In this document: one piece after another, positions 34,275 to 42,935 of the stretch
Layout of the letters: each line of letters starts with the position of its first letter
Numbering within the stretch: the stretch's first letter is position 1
Notes under the pieces: model-generated
What the model was told of the DNA's origin: nothing
Seen by the model: the letters and a program-made list of their open reading frames with translations, nothing else
Databases searched by the model: none
Source: a virus
Lineage: Duplodnaviria; Caudoviricetes
Strand: one strand, 5' to 3'
IMG/VR virus record: IMGVR_UViG_3300030397_000588
Location: 1-45,876 of that record
Length of the DNA stretch: 45,876 nucleotides
Translations under genes and position numbers: made by a program

Positions 34275-34723
34275 GAGGCTATGCAGCAATTGGGCTACTA
34301 AACCCCAAGAATAACTTGAATGTGGGTAGCGTACTGCGCGCCGCTGGATGCTATGAAGCCAGTATGGTTGTCTGTGGAGGCTCCAGGAACAGCTACCGCA
34401 AAGCACCAACCGACACCATGCAAACACACAAGCACCTTCCGCTTTTGCTGGTTGACGACTTACAGAAAGTCATTCCCTACGACTGCGTCCCTGTAGCTGT
34501 TGATCTCATAGAAGGCGCAGAGCCGCTACCGGAATACGAGCACCCAGAACGAGCTTTCTACGTGTTTGGACCCGAGGACGGAACGCTGGGGGCTTCTACT
34601 ACTTCCTGGTGCCGTGATGTCATTTACGTGCCAACGAATCGGTGCATGAACCTGGCTGCTTGCGTAAACGTGGTGCTTTACGACCGGCTCAGTAAACGAC
34701 TTTCTCAAGAGGTGGCGGCATGA
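34271..34723 (+). CDS. SpoU/TrmH-family (SPOUT) RNA methyltransferase
   Basis: NPKNNLNVGSVLRAA (motif 1), YVFGPEDGTL (motif 2), IYVP...CMNLAACVNVVLYDR (motif 3). Confidence 0.9.
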   Translation: MRGYAAIGLLNPKNNLNVGSVLRAAGCYEASMVVCGGSRNSYRKAPTDTMQTHKHLPLLLVDDLQKVIPYDCVPVAVDLIEGAEPLPEYEHPERAFYVFGPEDGTLGASTTSWCRDVIYVPTNRCMNLAACVNVVLYDRLSKRLSQEVAA

Positions 34724-34802
34724 TGTGCATACTCGACATTTTTCTCATCGCTAGCGTCGTGCTTACCTGCTTCGGCTCAGTGCGTATCCAGTGGGGTAAG
34801 TC

Positions 34803-35360
34803 ATGAGCGGCTTTCACGTGAGCAGCATGGAGGAATTGGAAAAAGTCCTGGCAAAGGGCGACTCCAAGATAGCTCCTGAGAGCGCTTCTAAGCGCGGCAG
34901 GCCTTCGGCAGCATTATCTGTAGTCAAGGAGGCGAACGCAGCGCCAGCGCAAGACAGCAAGGCGGCAGAGCCCAAGAAGGCAAGGCACAGAAGTCATAGG
35001 GCATGGAGTACAGATCTCACGCTTAAAACACTCGGATCTCTCGGCTTTCCTGAGCCCGTTCTTGAATTCAAATTCCATCCTAAACGCCAATGGAAATTCG
35101 ATATAGCATGGCCCAATTACAAGGTTGCTCTGGAGGTTGAGGGCGGGATATTCAAGATGCGTGATGAAGGTGGGAACTTGAGGCAAGGCGCACACGGCAG
35201 TGTAACCGGCATTTTACGAGACATCGAGAAATATAACGCCGCAGCTGCCCTTGGATGGGTCGTTCTTCGTGCGCTCCCAAAATGGATGCCGGGTCTCTCG
35301 ATGGACCCGCAGCTTACCAACCACTTAGAGCGAATTTTTAAACTAACCACAGCCGCGTGA
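34803..35360 (+). CDS. PD-(D/E)XK endonuclease (Vsr/DUF559-like, putative resolvase)
   Basis: EFKFHPKRQWKFDIAWP..KVALEVEGG...H...RDIEKYNAAAALGW.VLR. Confidence 0.8.
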   Translation: MSGFHVSSMEELEKVLAKGDSKIAPESASKRGRPSAALSVVKEANAAPAQDSKAAEPKKARHRSHRAWSTDLTLKTLGSLGFPEPVLEFKFHPKRQWKFDIAWPNYKVALEVEGGIFKMRDEGGNLRQGAHGSVTGILRDIEKYNAAAALGWVVLRALPKWMPGLSMDPQLTNHLERIFKLTTAA

Positions 35361-35752
35361 GGCGCGGGGTTATGGAACAGCTATTCTTATTACTTCAGAT
35401 ATGGTCCGAGCAGGAACCTCGAATTTGTATACGAGAGACTGATGATGTGGGGATACGATATTCGTGGCGAAACACTCCAGGTACATTCTATTGCGAACCC
35501 GACACAGAATTCGTAGAGCCTGAGTCGTGGGCGCATTTGTTTGCTGCTGTCAACGAGGCGGCTATCGAAAAGGGTTTCTTGCCAGTCTATGAATACTATC
35601 CTGAAGGATGGGAAAATGTTATGGATGGGGTTCTGTATAACACTGGAATCAAAGAACTCCCACTCTCAGCTCTTGATGCATACCTAAAAGCACTGGAAAG
35701 GAAACTGAATTACACGAAAGCCCCCGAACCAGAAGCGGAGGTCGCGAAATGA
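35357..35752 (+). CDS. Hypothetical protein
   Basis: Coupled ORF. Confidence 0.55.
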   Translation: MRRGVMEQLFLLLQIWSEQEPRICIRETDDVGIRYSWRNTPGTFYCEPDTEFVEPESWAHLFAAVNEAAIEKGFLPVYEYYPEGWENVMDGVLYNTGIKELPLSALDAYLKALERKLNYTKAPEPEAEVAK

Positions 35753-36027
35753 ACAGATCTTCAATTATAGCCTATGCTGACGATCCGATCACAGATTCGG
35801 TACACCACCCTTATACAGCCTACAACCAGGGATTTGATGCCTTCCAAGAGGGACACCCTATCGAAAGAAATCCATACGACGGCCGCAATGGATCGTGGTG
35901 GACTGCAGGGTGGCGCAGTGCAGAAGAGCAGGAAGAATTTCACGGACACATTTGCTATCTGTGCAACGACGATCCAGTCGTGATTATCAACAATCTAGCC
36001 TACTGTGCTGGATGCATACCGGATTGA
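35749..36027 (+). CDS. Hypothetical protein with Rmf-like AYxQG...NPY...WxAGW motif and zinc finger
   Basis: AYNQGFDAF..G....NPY......WWTAGW; CYLC...CAGC. Confidence 0.6.
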   Translation: MNRSSIIAYADDPITDSVHHPYTAYNQGFDAFQEGHPIERNPYDGRNGSWWTAGWRSAEEQEEFHGHICYLCNDDPVVIINNLAYCAGCIPD

Positions 36028-36028
36028 A

Positions 36029-36280
36029 ATGAACCTATTCGGCGAAACCCTCACGAAATACCTCTGCACCACAGCGGACATGCCCGAGATCGTAGAGATC
36101 AGCGCCCCAGACGAAATGGCGTGTTTCGAGGCCATGCAGAAGATCGGCTTCCCGTCATTCGAGGCTGGTGGGCGCTATTACAGGAAGCTTAACAACGAGC
36201 TTCTCTACGACGAGAACGGGAAGCTTAAAGAAATCATATCAACCAGTGAATACAAGGAGCGATATGCGAAAGAGACTTAA
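36029..36280 (+). CDS. Hypothetical protein
   Basis: ATG right after the previous stop. Confidence 0.5.
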   Translation: MNLFGETLTKYLCTTADMPEIVEISAPDEMACFEAMQKIGFPSFEAGGRYYRKLNNELLYDENGKLKEIISTSEYKERYAKET

Positions 36281-36442
36281 ACAAACCAGCTCAAAAGAAA
36301 TAAAGAAGATTGGCAATTACACGGCGAAGGTTAACACCTACACGGTGACGCCTGCTGGATATCGCGAGATCTCAGAGGATGTGGACGACGATGAGGTGCT
36401 GCGGAGGCCCGGGGCTAAACAAGGACAAAGACGGACAGGAAA

Positions 36443-36790
36443 ATGAGTAAACTACGAATCTACAACGTGCCAGAAGAAGAGATGCTCGAAGCACTCGACA
36501 CCCGAGTTTCGTCTTCTGTAGCCGGGGCCATCGAGAGCCTTTCAGAGAAGATGGCAAACCTCGAAGATCAATTTTTTGCGCTAAAGAAAGTTCTAACGCA
36601 TAAAGAGATTGCGCTGTACTGCGACGTTGAGACTAAGACGGTGCTCCACTGGATACATAATGAGGGACTGCCAGCCAGTAAACGCGGGCGAATCTTCTAC
36701 TCGAAGAGGGACGAGCTCGAACAGTGGCTTATCGACAATCCGAAAAAGTCTACTCAAAAACAGAGCGATAGTCAGAATCAAGCCGCCTAG
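36443..36790 (+). CDS. xis: Excisionase-like HTH (MerR/HTH_17)
   Basis: VLTHKEIALYCDVETKTVLHWIHNEGLPASKRGRIFYSKRDELEQWL; convergent with the integrase. Confidence 0.75.
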   Translation: MSKLRIYNVPEEEMLEALDTRVSSSVAGAIESLSEKMANLEDQFFALKKVLTHKEIALYCDVETKTVLHWIHNEGLPASKRGRIFYSKRDELEQWLIDNPKKSTQKQSDSQNQAA

Positions 36791-38006
36791 ACTGAAAGCC
36801 TCGCAAGTATTGCTGCGTAGTAGACACCTTGCTATGACCAAGAACCTTCATAATATCATAGATATCCCATCCGAGCTCGTCGAGCAGCTTCGCGATGGAA
36901 TGACGCGCCATGTGCGTCGTGAGATGGGTGGTTATGCCAGCCCTCTCCCCTATCTTGCCAAGGTTCTTGTTAGCAATGACGTTAGCCGAATTGATCGCAT
37001 TGAAGATCTGAGCTTCAGTCTTTGCGCGCTTTCTGGATCTGAGCGGATAGAATACAAACTCGTTCTTCCCTACCATCTCGTCCAGGTCGCCATAAAGCTT
37101 CAGTATTTCAATGGCTTTAGGTACGAGTACGACGCCAGCGCCATCAGATACTTTTTTCATCTTAAAGCGGCTCCGGTAGTCAGCGCCATCGAAGCGAACA
37201 TAAGACCATTTGTAAAGGCAAATATCGGAGTAGCGCATTCCTCCAGCATAGAAGGCAAACAAGAATTCGTTTCTTGTATCCCAAACCCCTGTTCCTTCTT
37301 CGAGCTCAAGCGCTTCGATAGCCTGAAATTCTTCGGGTGTAATGCGATCGCGCATCGTATTTTCTTTCCTGATTCGAATATTGAAGAAGGGGTCATCGTT
37401 GCGGCTCATGTGACCTTCCCTAATCGCCTCGTACAAGAGCGTTCGAATAGAGGTCAAATTTTTATGGACAGTATTAGGTGCATTCTTCAAGTCCTTTATA
37501 AGATGGGTGTGAAAGGCTCTGATAAAATCGACAGAGACGAGCTCGAACGGAAGTGTAGAGCGCTTGAGCTTGGTAGCGGTGAACCTACGCAGCTTATTAA
37601 CAGCCGTCCTGTACGCCTTGAAAGTAGCGATTTGATCCCTGTCCCTATATTCCTGAAGCCTGCGATCACAAAACTCGATAAAATCTTCGCCGGTAGGTTT
37701 TTCCTCAGTAGCGAAAAGAGCTTGTCTAATATTGTCTTGAAGCAGATCAATAGTGATGAGCTTACGAGCTCCAACCATTTCGTCAATTACTTGCCGCGCC
37801 CTGGTAAGGCTGTCGCCAATCAATCGATTCAGCTTGACGTGGTTCTTGTGATTTTTTCGAACCTCATTAGTATTTGGATTCCAATATTTACTACTTACCT
37901 TAAGGCCCAGGCTGATATATTTGCGCGTATTTCTGCCATGCGTAATGGCGATATACACAACGTAATTGTTCTTCTTTTTTCTGCCGAGAATACTGACTAC
38001 TGCCAT
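36750..38006 (-). CDS. int: Tyrosine integrase (Bacteroidota-type arm-binding plus SAM-like domains)
   Basis: FLFAFYAGGMRYSD (R), KMKK (K), TTHMARHS (HxxR), VLGHS, TTQQY (Y); N-terminal RKYISLGLKV...W; start moved to ATG 38006. Confidence 0.95.
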   Translation of the reverse strand: MAVVSILGRKKKNNYVVYIAITHGRNTRKYISLGLKVSSKYWNPNTNEVRKNHKNHVKLNRLIGDSLTRARQVIDEMVGARKLITIDLLQDNIRQALFATEEKPTGEDFIEFCDRRLQEYRDRDQIATFKAYRTAVNKLRRFTATKLKRSTLPFELVSVDFIRAFHTHLIKDLKNAPNTVHKNLTSIRTLLYEAIREGHMSRNDDPFFNIRIRKENTMRDRITPEEFQAIEALELEEGTGVWDTRNEFLFAFYAGGMRYSDICLYKWSYVRFDGADYRSRFKMKKVSDGAGVVLVPKAIEILKLYGDLDEMVGKNEFVFYPLRSRKRAKTEAQIFNAINSANVIANKNLGKIGERAGITTHLTTHMARHSIAKLLDELGWDIYDIMKVLGHSKVSTTQQYLRGFQSRRLDSDYRSVFE

Positions 38007-38007
38007 C

Positions 38008-38242
38008 GGGTACAACCAGGGGTACAATCATCTAAAACGCTCACCCTACCCCCTTCAACTGGTTCTGGTAGCTCTATCGCATTAAATAACAGTATTCACG
38101 AGCTTTTGGTTCTAAACAGTATTCAAACAGTCTTAACGTACAACTCCCGGCATCTCCACATAAAACTAGCCGCTAATGCGTATTTTAATACCGTTAGCGG
38201 CTTTTTTGTTGTATATGGGTACAACCCCAGGTACAACCATCT
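38008..38242 (+). other. attP: tmRNA-like 3' end core flanked by arm-type repeats
   Basis: Core caactcccggcatctccac (38141-38159); paired ggtacaa(c/t)c repeats at 38008-38029 and 38217-38238; aacagtattca x2; hairpin agccgctaa/ttagcggct plus T-tract. Confidence 0.7.
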
Positions 38243-38285
38243 CCCCGGATGCCGTTCTTTACGCACTTCAAAAAGAACGAAGTCC

Positions 38286-38708
38286 ATGCCTATCTACATA
38301 CACTGCGAAGAATGCGGCGAGCTCTACGGCGCCCGTCGCTACAGAGTGATCCAGGGCACGGCCCGGTTCTGCAGCCTGAAATGCAAGAATACTTGGATCG
38401 CTCGTGAAATCACCCCATTCGTGGACCGCAGAGGTCCGAAGAATTCAAACTGGAAGGGTGGTGTCTCGAAAGACAACTACCGATACAAAAAGCGGCAGAT
38501 GCAGCGCTACCCGGAGCGCGTGAGAGCTAGACAGAAAGTATTGGAAGCAAAGAAGTCGGGCAAACTTATCCCCCTCCCCTGCCGCGACTGTGGATCTACC
38601 GAAAACATTGAAGCGCACCACGAGGACTACAGCAAGCCACTCGAGGTGATCTGGTTGTGCCGTCCCTGTCACCGTGCCTTACACGAGCGGCTCAAGAAAG
38701 CCGCCTAA
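38286..38708 (+). CDS. Zn-finger/HNH endonuclease-like protein
   Basis: CEECG...FCSLKC, NSNWKGG, PCRDCG...EAHHEDYSKPLEVIWLCRPCH. Confidence 0.85.
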   Translation: MPIYIHCEECGELYGARRYRVIQGTARFCSLKCKNTWIAREITPFVDRRGPKNSNWKGGVSKDNYRYKKRQMQRYPERVRARQKVLEAKKSGKLIPLPCRDCGSTENIEAHHEDYSKPLEVIWLCRPCHRALHERLKKAA

Positions 38709-38720
38709 ACCCCAGAGCCC

Positions 38721-39026
38721 ATGACTATTCTAATCATCGCAGGCGCAATAGCAATCGGCCTCTTGGCCTACATGTGGCGCGCGCAAACACTCGACGATCG
38801 CAGAATAATGGACCCCCGCGACCGCTTCCCGGAGCTGGAGCACTGGAAGGCTGACGACAGGCTGAGAATAGGCCGGGATGACGCCTTCTTTGTACGACTA
38901 GAGCATGATAACGGTGGCACGATCTGGTTCTGCTATGCCGATGACCCACACGAAGTGATGTCGATACGGCTCTACACAGAGCGGCGCCTGCCGCGGAATC
39001 TGTCACTCGAAGAACGAACAAACTAA
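38721..39026 (+). CDS. Membrane-anchored hypothetical protein
   Basis: N-terminal TM helix. Confidence 0.6.
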   Translation: MTILIIAGAIAIGLLAYMWRAQTLDDRRIMDPRDRFPELEHWKADDRLRIGRDDAFFVRLEHDNGGTIWFCYADDPHEVMSIRLYTERRLPRNLSLEERTN

Positions 39027-39055
39027 CCAGGCCCACGGGGCTAAGAGGTAAAACC

Positions 39056-40117
39056 ATGAAACGACTATATAAACACCCCTTATTTAATATTTTCGCAGCT
39101 GTTTTATACGCTGCTTTTGTAATGCCTGAACTTGTATCTGCGCCAAGCTGGATACTGTTTATTTCGGGTTTTGTCGGACTTGGCTTTTTTGTGTGGGTGG
39201 GCGTTTCGAAGCACGGCACTTACTGGACAAAGAAGTTTTCGTCATTTGCACAAGGTAAGGCTCAGGTCTGCCTAATCTTAGCCTGGGGGCTGTTCATGGG
39301 CGGGTGCACTTGTACTCGCATAGAACAAGGCTATACGGGTGTCATGGCAGACTTGATTGGTGGTGACAAAGGCGGCGTAACAGAGCTAACTCCAGGACGC
39401 GTCTGGTATAATCCAATAAACAAGGATGTCTACACCTTCCCCAATTTTGTGCAACGCGTAGCCTGGACGGCGACAGATGACGAGGGCTCACGTCATGACG
39501 AGGCTATCAGGCTTCTTAGTCAGGACCAACTTGAGTTTACAAACGATGTGGGATTCTCCTACTACGTTGCCAATATTAAAGGCTGCTCAAAGTCTGTATT
39601 TGTCATGTACAGGACAAACATACGGACGATTACGAATGGGCCGCTACGCGACATTGTACGCAAGGAAATGCAGGACGTTTTTAGCCAATATCCTGCTTCT
39701 GATATTTATGGAGAGAAAAGGCCAATTGTGGTTCAGGAGATTGCGGACGGCGTCGCAGCTCGCATGAGCCGAATGAAGGGCGAGAACGGAGAGGTGTGTT
39801 TTGTTATTGAAGACTTTGCAATTCTCAAGCTAGATCCTCCAGGAAGTGTAAAGGATGCGGTAGAGCGCAAGATTCAAGCAGCTCAGGACGCTCAACGAGA
39901 GCGAGAAAACCTACTCAAAATCACCTATCAGTCTCAGCAGGACTCGATTCGGGCCGTGATGGATGCTCGTAATAATCGCGTAATGTCTGAGTCGATTACG
40001 CCTGAACTACTCAAGTGGAAGCAGCTAGAGCTTATGGAGAAGAAGTGGAATGGGCAAATGCCGCAGGTGATGAGCAGTGAAGCTTCGGGGCTGATGCTAC
40101 AGCTTCCAAACAATTAA
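39056..40117 (+). CDS. SPFH/Band 7 (prohibitin-like) membrane protein
   Basis: CTRIEQGYTGV...GRVWYNP...YTFPNFVQ...P.SVKDAVERKIQAAQDAQ...SESITPELL...EKKWNGQMP. Confidence 0.85.
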   Translation: MKRLYKHPLFNIFAAVLYAAFVMPELVSAPSWILFISGFVGLGFFVWVGVSKHGTYWTKKFSSFAQGKAQVCLILAWGLFMGGCTCTRIEQGYTGVMADLIGGDKGGVTELTPGRVWYNPINKDVYTFPNFVQRVAWTATDDEGSRHDEAIRLLSQDQLEFTNDVGFSYYVANIKGCSKSVFVMYRTNIRTITNGPLRDIVRKEMQDVFSQYPASDIYGEKRPIVVQEIADGVAARMSRMKGENGEVCFVIEDFAILKLDPPGSVKDAVERKIQAAQDAQRERENLLKITYQSQQDSIRAVMDARNNRVMSESITPELLKWKQLELMEKKWNGQMPQVMSSEASGLMLQLPNN

Positions 40118-40149
40118 CAGCCCCAAAACGCGACCGCGGAGGAGCAGCT

Positions 40150-40386
40150 ATGATAGGTATTCCTAAACCTGGATCAGTCAACGAAGATGGAGATCCTATT
40201 GACATTCTGGAGAATCTACGTGCTAAAAAAGAGTTGGCAAAAGTGCTGCTTCCTATAGCATGGAACGAAGCGAAAGACCTGCTCTGGAGGCTTGATGGTG
40301 ACGAGAAAGAGAAGGTGGAAGAGTGGATGCAGAAGATCAAAGACATTGCCGACTCAATGAACTTAGATCTGGAGGAGCAGCTATGA
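40150..40386 (+). CDS. Hypothetical protein
   Basis: ggagga SD. Confidence 0.55.
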   Translation: MIGIPKPGSVNEDGDPIDILENLRAKKELAKVLLPIAWNEAKDLLWRLDGDEKEKVEEWMQKIKDIADSMNLDLEEQL

Positions 40387-40601
40387 CTTTTAATGAAGCC
40401 CGACTTGAATTGGACACGATGCTAGGAAGCGAGAAGGTGGCGTCTGAGATGGAAGACTGGCATCCTTCCTTGCTAGCCGAGATACTTAATGCGGTTTGGC
40501 TGGCTTACAACAAAAGAAGCTCTAAACCACACCCGGATTTTAATGAGGCCGTTCTTCTTTTGAATAGCCGCAATGCTAGAAAAAATGAGGCACAGTCATG
40601 A
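40383..40601 (+). CDS. Hypothetical protein
   Basis: ggagga SD, ATGA overlap. Confidence 0.5.
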   Translation: MTFNEARLELDTMLGSEKVASEMEDWHPSLLAEILNAVWLAYNKRSSKPHPDFNEAVLLLNSRNARKNEAQS

Positions 40602-41368
40602 GGCTAGATCCAACAGGAAGAATGTACGAGACAATAGACGAACAACCCTCCCCCACTTCGACAATCGAAGTGAAAGACGACCCGGACGAAGACAAAGCTT
40701 TAAAATTGGCTCGGCTACTGCGGGAGATTGCGAAACTAGACGAAAATCTAGTGAGGTTTGACCCAAAAGAGAATTTGTTTTGGGTTTGCCACACTGGAGT
40801 TTGGTTCTTGATTACGCGGCCCAACAAAACATTAGACGAAGACAGGATCCTCGGCGCGATCTCCGCTGATTGCGATGCGCGGGGGATAAAATGCCACATC
40901 TTCAATCATTTCCCGATTCATGGTGGAATCGCCTTTCGCGCGATTATGAAGCGTCACAACATAGGCGAGATCATAGGGGATTCGGAGACATCACGATTAC
41001 ACGCCGCCCTCCTCGCCTACAGAGACGCGCTGCAATCGCAATGCACGTGCGAATCCGAAGACGGCTGGCACCTCGCAGACGTGTGCCCCCTGGGCGGTGC
41101 TAGCGAAGAACTGGCGGGGGCTGCAAACGAAGATGATACAGAACCGGACAAAGACAAAGGCATGTCCCCAAGCAAAGCCCGAAAAGGCGCAGGTCTACCC
41201 TTCGGCCCCGAGGACGCATGGATGTTTCCCGAACACTTCGAGTATGGAATGTATAGCGGAGAGGGCGAACCCCAGATGTTCGACCCCGATATCGTAGAAC
41301 GTGCAGCATCTGAAGCTACAGATAAGTCTACTAAAGCAGCCGGCAAGGTGCGGGGGTTGGGGGAATGA
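40598..41368 (+). CDS. Hypothetical protein
   Basis: 256 aa coupled ORF. Confidence 0.6.
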   Translation: MRLDPTGRMYETIDEQPSPTSTIEVKDDPDEDKALKLARLLREIAKLDENLVRFDPKENLFWVCHTGVWFLITRPNKTLDEDRILGAISADCDARGIKCHIFNHFPIHGGIAFRAIMKRHNIGEIIGDSETSRLHAALLAYRDALQSQCTCESEDGWHLADVCPLGGASEELAGAANEDDTEPDKDKGMSPSKARKGAGLPFGPEDAWMFPEHFEYGMYSGEGEPQMFDPDIVERAASEATDKSTKAAGKVRGLGE

Positions 41369-41703
41369 GTGATTTACTGAAAGTAATCGACGATTGGTTT
41401 AAGAATACTCCCCGTGAAGAGATATTGGCTAAGTGGGAAAAGGCGAAGGCATTGAGATCGGAATCCGATGACCCCGGACCAACAGTGCAAGAGTATTTCG
41501 ATCTGATGTCGGGCAAATCACAATTCGAGAAAGGCCGCCAGCAGCGCGAGGCCGAGATCCTGGCGCTGATTGAGGATATGGTTAACACCTCTGTCCCCCA
41601 ACAGTCATGGGATACACTCAATGACGCACAGCGGGGTTGGGACAGCGCCTTAAAAGAACTCAAAACCAGAATCGAAAATGGAACAGGTAACAAACAGCTT
41701 TGA
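41365..41703 (+). CDS. Hypothetical protein, paralog 1 of a tandem trio
   Basis: FEKGRQQREAEILALIEDM...GWDSALKELKTRIENG. Confidence 0.6.
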   Translation: MSDLLKVIDDWFKNTPREEILAKWEKAKALRSESDDPGPTVQEYFDLMSGKSQFEKGRQQREAEILALIEDMVNTSVPQQSWDTLNDAQRGWDSALKELKTRIENGTGNKQL

Positions 41704-41878
41704 CAGCAAAGAGCAGGATAACCAGTGGCACTTCGAGCAAGGTAGGCGCGAGGAGCGGAAGGCTTTGCTGGAACTGATTGAGGAGATGATTTTTCCGACA
41801 CAGCCAAGTGCAGGACATGCAGGATGGAACCATGCACTTCGTGAACTAAAAGAGAAGATCCAAAATGGAAACCATTGA
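41678..41878 (+). CDS. Hypothetical protein, paralog 2
   Basis: FEQGRREERKALLELIEEM...GWNHALRELKEKIQNG. Confidence 0.6.
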   Translation: MEQVTNSFDSKEQDNQWHFEQGRREERKALLELIEEMIFPTQPSAGHAGWNHALRELKEKIQNGNH

Positions 41879-42074
41879 AGAAGCAAGAGAATGGATCTGG
41901 ACGCAGGAGGAAACTAAAAGGGTTGAGCAGAAGGAGCGTAACCGAATCCTGGTGCTGATTGAGGAGATGTTGAATGATGTTGGCGAGCAGTGGGACACGA
42001 GCGATGCAGTATGCAACTTTGTCGAAGTACTTAAGGAAAAGATAAATGCCAAAGAAGTCGATAACCAATCCTGA
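41865..42074 (+). CDS. Hypothetical protein, paralog 3
   Basis: EQKERNRILVLIEEM...VEVLKEKINA. Confidence 0.6.
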   Translation: METIEEAREWIWTQEETKRVEQKERNRILVLIEEMLNDVGEQWDTSDAVCNFVEVLKEKINAKEVDNQS

Positions 42075-42327
42075 AGTGTTCTCGCCCAATTCGCCAGCCG
42101 ACATAGAGCGAGTGCTGACCCGTACCCCGGGTCCGGACCTGAAGCCGGGGCTGGAGAAGGCTATTCGCATGATCTCGGAGGAACATCAAAAGCAGACGAT
42201 TCGGTTTCGCGAACATGCATCCAGGCATGACAAATACAGTCTTGAGACTATAGATTTCGAGGCGTGGAAAATGAAATGGCTATCCGAGATGAAACAGAAG
42301 CTCGAAGCCGCGCTGCGGGAGGCGTGA
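42046..42327 (+). CDS. Hypothetical protein
   Basis: Overlapping co-oriented ORF. Confidence 0.55.
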   Translation: MPKKSITNPEVFSPNSPADIERVLTRTPGPDLKPGLEKAIRMISEEHQKQTIRFREHASRHDKYSLETIDFEAWKMKWLSEMKQKLEAALREA

Positions 42328-42358
42328 AACCACCCCCGCAGCTAAAGAGGAAAACAAA

Positions 42359-42604
42359 ATGGCTGAAATGCACAAGGACTTAATAGGGAGACTCATACGA
42401 GCAGCAGTCGATCATTTTCCCGATAAGCTTTCAGAGAAGGATCGGGTAATGGTATGCCATTATATCAAGGACTTGAATCCGCATCGATCAATCGAGAGCC
42501 TTGCAAGCAAGTCCGCCAATGAGCTTTATGCGATATTCAGAAATGAGCAGATGCAGGACTATTTAGAATCGGAAAAAGACTGGGATCACACCGGTCAAAT
42601 ATAG
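42359..42604 (+). CDS. Hypothetical protein
   Basis: gagga SD. Confidence 0.55.
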   Translation: MAEMHKDLIGRLIRAAVDHFPDKLSEKDRVMVCHYIKDLNPHRSIESLASKSANELYAIFRNEQMQDYLESEKDWDHTGQI

Positions 42605-42638
42605 TTGAGAAACCACCCCTCCACACACAAAAAATACT

Positions 42639-42887
42639 ATGAATGACTTTCTTAAAAACGACCCAAAATACATGGCGCTTGTAGATCGAGTGCAGGAAAC
42701 GCCATTGATTGACCGGCTTGAGATGTGCGTTGCAATGATCGGTAAAATGTGCTCTGAGGGTAGACCGCCAAAAATGAGCATACCCGTACAGTACGATGAC
42801 GAAGACTTCTTCATTAATCGAACACTCAACGATGCACGAAACATGCTAATTATTGCACAGCAGCACAGCGCAGCATCAAAGGAATAG
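42639..42887 (+). CDS. Hypothetical protein
   Basis: ORF between repeat copies. Confidence 0.55.
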   Translation: MNDFLKNDPKYMALVDRVQETPLIDRLEMCVAMIGKMCSEGRPPKMSIPVQYDDEDFFINRTLNDARNMLIIAQQHSAASKE

Positions 42888-42935
42888 AAACCACCCCCTA
42901 TTGCTAACATATTTCTAAAGACTCAGGATTTAACG

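Larger units (their letters stand above)
42326..42897 (+). repeat. Intergenic 11-bp direct repeat GAAACCACCCC x3
   Basis: Copies at 42326, 42609 and 42887, each at or just after a stop codon. Confidence 0.7.

Noticed and set aside
38141-38160. A complete tRNA or tmRNA gene
   Set aside because: Only the 3' ~19 nt are present, with no 5' acceptor strand or D/anticodon arms upstream; treated as att core
41331-42170. 279-aa minus-strand ORF
   Set aside because: Shadow of the coupled plus-strand paralog array
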